Of a stretch of 64,000 bases of DNA, positions 56,896 through 64,000 are shown piece by piece; positions within the stretch are counted from its first letter, which is position 1; each line of letters opens with the position of its first letter. The translations under genes and the position numbers were made by a program. The notes under the pieces were generated by a model. The model was not told where the DNA came from. It made no database searches and worked only from the letters and a program-made list of their open reading frames with translations. The stretch comes from Eledone cirrhosa (Eukaryota): assembly GCA_964016885.1 (NCBI GenBank), contig OZ024759.1, positions 34,720,001 through 34,784,000 of the forward strand, written 5' to 3'.

Positions 56896-57057
56896 TATTG
56901 TTCAAGATGTCGTCTGTAAACGAATGTCTCGGAGGTATTTTAGTGTATAATGACATTTATTTGGAGGATGTACATAGGTCACAACTGGGATTCGTTGGCA
57001 ATCCTTTTCCTCCTATCAATTTGTACGAAAATAAAAACCTGCACCTGTATTATGAAA
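56896..57057 (+). CDS. Possible internal exon, 162 nt, phase 1-1
   Basis: Acceptor ttttgttttgtacag; open frame LFKMSSVNECLGGILVYNDIYLEDVHRSQLGFVGNPFPPINLYENKNLHLYYE compatible with the 34080 donor; donor aaa|gtgtgt only moderate; no recognised domain. Confidence 0.2.
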
Positions 57058-57083
57058 GTGTGTATGTATTTATGTATGTGTGT

Positions 57084-57120
<37 letters not shown>

Positions 57121-57247
57121 ACGTCTTCTCATCTTCTTGAGTCTTTTCTCTTTCGAAAGTGAAGCATTCATTTTGTTTTTTTCTAATAGCTAGAAATATA
57201 AATACATACATACATGCATACACACACACACATTCATATACACACAT

Positions 57248-57313
<66 letters not shown>

Positions 57314-57376
57314 AATTCAAAGAAATATCAGCTATATCAAAGCTTGCCTTCCTAGGTGATTGATGGAAAATTAGAC

Positions 57377-57419
<43 letters not shown>

Positions 57420-57730
57420 CAAACAAACCAACAGACAGACACAGGCGAGCGGGTGGACGGACGGACGGACGGATGGAATTACGCCAAAAATATCAACTTA
57501 CTGGCGCCTGTACTACGTCACTCTTTCTAATCACTGATATTTTTTATAATTATTATTTCTATTAATTAAGAAGACTTTAAATCAAAGTCAGTAAGTATTG
57601 ATTATCATGATAAATGGCTCGCTTCTTTTTTTCTAATGATACGTTTCTAAATCCGAGACGAAATCTGGAAAAGTTAATAGGTCTTCAATAATGCAGTAAC
57701 GACACGTAAGTCTTGTCTGACATTCTGTAG

Positions 57731-57748
57731 CAGCGCCCTCTACTGACA
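57731..57748 (-). promoter_or_regulatory. CTCF-like binding motif
   Basis: Minus strand TGTCAGTAGAGGGCGCTG closely fits the CTCF core (Y)CASYAGRKGGCRS. Confidence 0.5.
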
Positions 57749-58339
57749 GATATCGACTTTAATAAAGAATTTTATTCAACAACAACAATAATAATGATGA
57801 CAATAATAACAACAGCAGTAGCAACAACAACAATGATAATATTAACAGCAGCAACAACAATAACAACAACAACGACAAGACAAGAAAAACATGTGATGCA
57901 ACAACAACAACAACCATAATGACAGCAACAATAGCAAGAATAATAATAGCAATAGCAACAATAATAATAACAACGACAGCAACAACAACAAAAATAACGG
58001 CGGCAAGACCAGACAAACAATAGATGCAATAACACCAACAATATCAACGATAACAACAACAACAGTAACAACAACAATAACAGCAACAATAACAACAATA
58101 GTATCGGCGGCAAGACCAGAAAAAAACAATACAAACAACAACAACAACAACAAAAACAACACAAACGATTAAAAATATAAAATGAAAAAAAATCAATTCA
58201 AATATGGCTACCAACACATGGGTATTTATATGCGTGAGTGTATGGTGTATGTGTAGGCTCCTGTACGCATATACATGTGTGTGAGCATTGTGTATATATG
58301 TGTGTTCGTCTGAGAGTATATATATATATATGGACGGTG

Positions 58340-58669
58340 TTTATGTATGTATGTATGTATGTATGTATGTATGTATGTATGTATGTATGTATGTATGTAT
58401 GTATGTGTATGTATGTATGTATGTATGTATGTATGTATGTGTGTATGCATGTGTGTATGTATGTATGGATGTATGTGTGTATGTATGTATGTATGTATGC
58501 ATGCATGTATGTATGTATGTATGTATGTATGTAAGTGTGTATGTATGTATGTATGTAAGTGTGTATGTATGTATGTATGTATGCATGTATGTATGTATGT
58601 ATGTATGTAAGTATGTATGTGTGTATGTATGTATGCATGCATGTATGTATGTATGTATATAAGTATGTA

Positions 58670-58700
<31 letters not shown>

Positions 58701-58735
58701 ATGCATGCATGCATGCATGCATGCATGCATGTATG

Positions 58736-58766
<31 letters not shown>

Positions 58767-58790
58767 GTATGTATGTGTGTATAAATATGT
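58340..58790. repeat. (TATG)n/(CATG)n microsatellite
   Basis: Direct inspection. Confidence 0.95.
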
Positions 58791-58907
58791 ATAATTCTGA
58801 TCACGACGCCAAATATATGTTGGACAATGAAAACAAAAAGGTGACGTTTAGTAAGGTTAAATTAGACACAGACAGACAGACAGACAGACAGAGACAGACA
58901 GACAGAC

Positions 58908-58950
<43 letters not shown>

Positions 58951-59252
58951 GAATGGAAGTAAATTAATATGTAAATGAGTTAGTGAGAATAACAAATGAG
59001 AGTGGGCAGAAGGTCGGCGTAAACGAAATATGAATAACTAAAAGTAAACAAAATAGAGAAAGCTTTGACCTTAGGTAGAAATAATGCCCGTCATTTTTCA
59101 TGGGTACTACGGTGGTTTATGTGTGTGTGCGCGCGTCTGTGTGCGTGTACGTGTGTGTCTGTTTGTCTGTGTGCCCGTGTGTGCATGTGCGTGTGTTTCG
59201 TACCTGTGATTCTGTTCGTGTTTCACATAACACCGACATTTTTGAAAATTGC

Positions 59253-59340
<88 letters not shown>

Positions 59341-59949
59341 AAAAAAAAGGTGTAAATTAACATTTCAAAAAATAGTGATTGAGAAAATAAGAGTCATATT
59401 AAGACACGTCAATGGATCAATATGATCGATTAAAACCAAATTAATGATCTTGAAGGGAGTTTCTACAGCTTGGCCACCACCTAATGAATAGAATAAAACG
59501 AGTGAAGGAAGAAAAGAAGGTTTTTTTTTCTTTTCTAATTACCAAATGAAATGCACTTCTCAGTGAAATTAGAGACTCGTGTCACACCGGAAGTACTTGA
59601 CCTAGTTTCATCTCGCATGCTCACCAGGAAGGAATAGACATCCCTTAATATAATTTCCAAATACTTCCACAAGAAATAAGAAATCAATTTTCCAACCAGT
59701 CAAGGACATTATTTTTAACCAGCTCACACCTATGAAGGTTTAGCTGGTTACATAAATGGTTGTATCTCAGGATTTTTCGGATGTATTAAAGATAGGGTCT
59801 CCAGTCGTACCCATGTGTTTTAAAAGCTGGAGCTCCCTGACAGGTTGTTACAACTTACAGCTGTGTAGGTTTAGCTGGCCTCCCATGAGGTTTTTTTCTC
59901 ACATGTTTTAAAGTTAAAGACCCCAGCATTATCATGTTGTTGTTACAGT

Positions 59950-61840
59950 CGTTGTGGTGTAATACAGTATGGTATAGTGTAGCATAGTGTTGTGTTTTGT
60001 TGTGTGGTGTGGTGTGGTGTAATCTAGTATTGTATAAAGCAGTGTAGTGTGGTGTAATGTAATGTAATATAGTGTAATGTGGTGTACATTGGAGTGTAGA
60101 GTAGTGTAATATAGTGTAGTTTGGTGTATTGTTGAAGTAGTGTAGTGTAGTGTGTTGTGTAGTGTAGTGTGTTGTGTAGTGTAGTGTGTTGTGTAGTGTA
60201 GTTTAATGTGGTGTTGTTTTGTGAGGTGTAGTGTAATATAATTGTTTCTACTTTTGGCACAAGGCCAGCAAATACCCAGTACATTACTGGTACTTTATTT
60301 TATCGACCCCCGTAAGGATGAAAGGCAAAGTTAACCTCGACGGGATTTGAACTCAGATCGTAAAGGGACGTAACTCTGTGCGACAAAGCATGGCGTCCGA
60401 CCCTCTACTGATACTGCCACTCCACCGTAATGTAGTGTATAATGTAGTGTAGTATGTAATGTAGTGTAGTATGTAATGTAGTGTAGTGTAGTATGTAATG
60501 TAGTGTAGTGTAGTATGTAATGTAGTGTAGTATGTAATGTAGTGTTGTGTAGTGTAGTATGTAATGTAGTGTAGTATGTAATGTAATGTAGTGTAGTATG
60601 TAATGTAGTGTAGTATGTAATGTAGTGTAGTGTAGTGTGTAGTGTAGTATGTAATGTAGTGTAGTGTAGTATGTAATGTAGTGTAGTGTAGTGTAGTGTG
60701 TAATGTAGTGTAGTATGTAATGTAGTGTAGTGTAGTGTGTAATGTAGTGTAGTATGTAATGTAGTGTAGTGTAGTATGTAATGTAGTGTAGTGTAGTGTG
60801 TAATGTAGTGTAGTATGTAATGTAGTGTAGTATGTAATGTAGTGTAGTGTAGTGTAGTGTGTAATGTAGTGTAGTATGTAATGTAGTGTAGTATGTAATG
60901 TAGTGTAGTGTAGTGTAGTATGTAATGTAGTGTAGTATGTAATGTAGTGTAGTGTAGTGTAGTATGTAATGTAGTGTAGTGTAGTATGTAATGTAGTGTA
61001 GTGTAGTGTAGTATGTAATGTAGTGTAGTATGTAATGTAGTGTAGTGTGTAGTGTAGTATGTAATGTAGTGTAGTGTAGTATGTAATGTAGTGTAGTGTA
61101 GTGTAGTGTGTAATGTAGTGTAGTATGTAATGTAGTGTAGTGTAGTATGTAATGTAGTGTTGTGTAGTGTAGTATGTAATGTAGTGTAGTATGTAATGTA
61201 GTGTAGTATGTAATGTAGTGTAGTGTAGTGTGTAGTGTAGTATGTAATGTAGTGTAGTGTAGTATGTAATGTAGTGTAGTGTAGTGTAGTGTGTAATGTA
61301 GTGTAGTATGTAATGTAGTGTAGTGTAGTGTGTAATGTAGTGTAGTGTAGTGTAGTATGTAATGTAGTGTAGTGTAGTATGTAATGTAGTGTAGTGTAGT
61401 GTAGTGTGTAATGTAGTGTAGTGTAGTGTAGTATGTAATGTAGTGTAGTGTAGTATGTAATGTAGTGTAGTATGTAATGTAGTGTAGTGTAGTATGTAAT
61501 GTAGTGTAGTGTAGTGTGTAATGTAGTGTAGTGTAGTGTAGTATGTAATGTAGTGTAATGTAGTGTAGTATGTAATGTAGTGTAGTATGTAATGTAGTGT
61601 AGTGTAGTATGTAATGTAGTGTAGTGTAGTGTAGTATGTAATGTAGTGTAGTATGTAATGTAGTGTAGTATGTAATGTAGTGTAGTGTAGTATGTAATGT
61701 AGTGTAGTGTAGTATGTAATGTAGTGTAGTGTAGTATGTAATGTAGTGTAGTGTAGTGTAGTATGTAGTGTAGTGTAGTATGTAATGTAGTGTAGTATGT
61801 AATGTAGTGTAGTGTAGTATGTAATGTAGTGTAGTGTAGC
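59950..61840. repeat. (TGTAG/TGTAA)n pentamer-based satellite
   Basis: tagtgtagtatgtaatg; degenerate left of the SINE, homogeneous right of it. Confidence 0.95.
60241..60427 (-). mobile_element. tRNA-SINE inserted in pentamer satellite
   Basis: Family match to 5818-6003. Confidence 0.92.
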
Positions 61841-62029
61841 AGGACATCTAAACCCCGCCCTTCTCTGGAATCACTCTACACCGCCATTAATTCAGTTTTC
61901 ACTCTCTTCCATTTCAAAGGGAAATATTGTTCCAATTCTTTCCTGATTTACTCAATATTTTATAGTAAATCATCCATTTAGGATCTGTCTCTCTCTCTCT
62001 TTCTTTCTCTCTCACACACACACGCACGC

Positions 62030-62310
62030 ATACAGGCTCACATACACGGGCTCACATAAACACAGAGGGACACACACGGGCTCACATAAACACAGAGGGA
62101 CACACACGGGCTCACATAAACACAGAGGAACACACACACAGGCACACACACGGGCTCACATATACAAACACACATGCAGGCACACATATACACACACACA
62201 TACAGCACACATATACAGAGACGGACACACACACGGGCTCACATATACACACACATACAGGCACACATATACAGAGACAGACACACACACAGTGGCACAC
62301 ACGCACACAC
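62030..62310. repeat. 30-bp CA-rich minisatellite
   Basis: cacacacgggctcacataaacacagaggga. Confidence 0.85.
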
Positions 62311-62365
62311 ACTTGTCATAATCTGCTTTCTTTACTTGTGGGAATGTTGGCAACAATTGTTTTAG

Positions 62366-63343
62366 ATGTTGTTGTTGTTATTGTTGTTGGGGGTGGTGTT
62401 GTTGTTGTTGTCGTTGTTCTTGTTGTTATCGTTATTGTTGAAGTGGGGGTGGTGTTACTGTGGTTGGGGTGCTGCTGTTGTTGTTGGGGCGGTGTTGTTG
62501 TTGGGGTGGTGTTGTTGTTGTTGTTGTTGTTGTTGGGGCGGTGTAGGTGTTGATGTTGAGGTGGTGTTTTTGTTGTTGTTGGTGTGTTGTTGTTGTTGGG
62601 GTGCTACTGTTGTTGTTGTTGTTGGGATGGTGGTGTTGTTGTTGTTGTTGGGGCGGTGTTGTGGTTGTTGTTGGGGTGGTGTTGTTGTTGTTGTTGGGGG
62701 CGGTGTTGTTGTTGTTGTCGTTGTTCTTGTTGTTATCGTTATTGTTGAAGTGGGGGTGGTGTTACTGTGGTTGGGGTGCTGCTGTTGTTGTTGGGGCGGT
62801 GTTGTGGTTGTTGTTGGGGTGGTGTTGTTGTTGTTGTTGTTGGGGCGGTGTTGTGGTTGTTGTTGGGGTGTTGTTGTTGGGGGCGGTGTTGTTGTTGTTG
62901 TTGGGGTGCTGCTGTTGTTATTGTTGTTGGGCTGGTGGTGTTGTTGTTGTTGGGGTGGTGTTGTTGTTGTTGGGGCGGTGTTTGTTGTTGGAGGGTGGTG
63001 TTGTTGTTGTTGTTATTGTTACGTTGCTGTCGTCATACTTATTGTTGTTATTGATGTTGTTGTTATTGTTATTATTGCGTTGTTGTTGTTATTATAGTTG
63101 TTGTCGTTATCGCTGTTGAAGTGTGGGTGGTGTCATTTTGGTTGGGTTGCTATTCTTGTAATTGTTGTTGCTGTTGTTGTTGTTGCTGTTATCATCGTTG
63201 TTGTTGTTGTTATTGTTGTTATCCTTATGATGTAGCTGTTGTTGTTGTTGTCATTTTTCTGCTATTGTTTTCCTACTTCCTCTCTTCAAGTATTTTATTT
63301 TTTGTCATGTTTGCAAGAATTGTTTGATTTGTTGTTGCCGTCG

Positions 63344-63375
<32 letters not shown>

Positions 63376-63400
63376 GGCGGAGTGGGGGCTATTGTTGTTG
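62366..63400. repeat. (GTT)n/GGGG compound repeat with internal ~90-bp duplication
   Basis: gttatcgttattgttgaagtgggggtggtgttactg appears twice, ~300 bp apart. Confidence 0.88.
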
Positions 63401-63638
63401 TTATTTATTGTTTTTGTAATTACTCTTTAAATGATTTTGTTACGTGTGTGTTTCTGTATGTATATATATATATATATGTGTGTGTGTAAGTGTGTGTGTA
63501 TGTATTTGTGTGTGTATATGCGTGTGTGTATATATATATGCATATACATATGTGCATCTATATGTGCGTGTGTATACATATACATGTATATACATATGTG
63601 TGTGTATGCACATGTATATTATGTATATATATATTATG

Positions 63639-63673
<35 letters not shown>

Positions 63674-63894
63674 ATATATATATGTATATATATATATATA
63701 TGTGTGTGTATATATGCATATATATATATAAATGTGTGTGTGTGTGTATCTGTATATATGTATTTAGATATGTGTGTGTGTATTACGATCTTATTTGTCC
63801 TTTTTATTCAGTTAATATTTGTTGCAGCTATTATTATCATCATTATATATATATATATATTTATATATACATATATATATATATATATTTATAT

Positions 63895-63947
<53 letters not shown>

Positions 63948-64000
63948 TCGTTTTCAATAATTCCTTGCAGCGTTTGTTTTAAATCCGGTCTTTTCTCTGC

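Overview
Eukaryotic, microsatellite-saturated DNA. The recurring tRNA-derived SINE resembles octopod (Octopus/Argonauta-type) SINEs as I remember them; this taxonomic call is inference, not a database result. Most of the window is simple or compound repeat (TA, CA, GA, GTT, TAG, GGT, TTCC, TGTAG), so nearly all long ORFs in the track are repeat artefacts. The short unique islands contain: at least six copies of one SINE family (two with clear TSDs); a hAT/Charlie-type MITE; RTE and L1/Tx1 LINE fragments; four hammerhead-ribozyme motifs, probably from Penelope-like elements; three long inverted repeats; and one convincing signal-peptide exon (34017-34080, +). The most unusual region is 28031-31377, a CpG-rich composite satellite of 10-bp CCGGAAAT (ETS-like) arrays in opposing orientations, 27-bp CGCGCATGCGCA (NRF1-like) arrays and a 16-bp TTAGG-containing array. 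Many unique islands carry YY1-like ATGGCG motifs, and there is one strong CTCF-like site and two HSE-like sites. No complete gene, rRNA, true tRNA gene or CRISPR array is supported.
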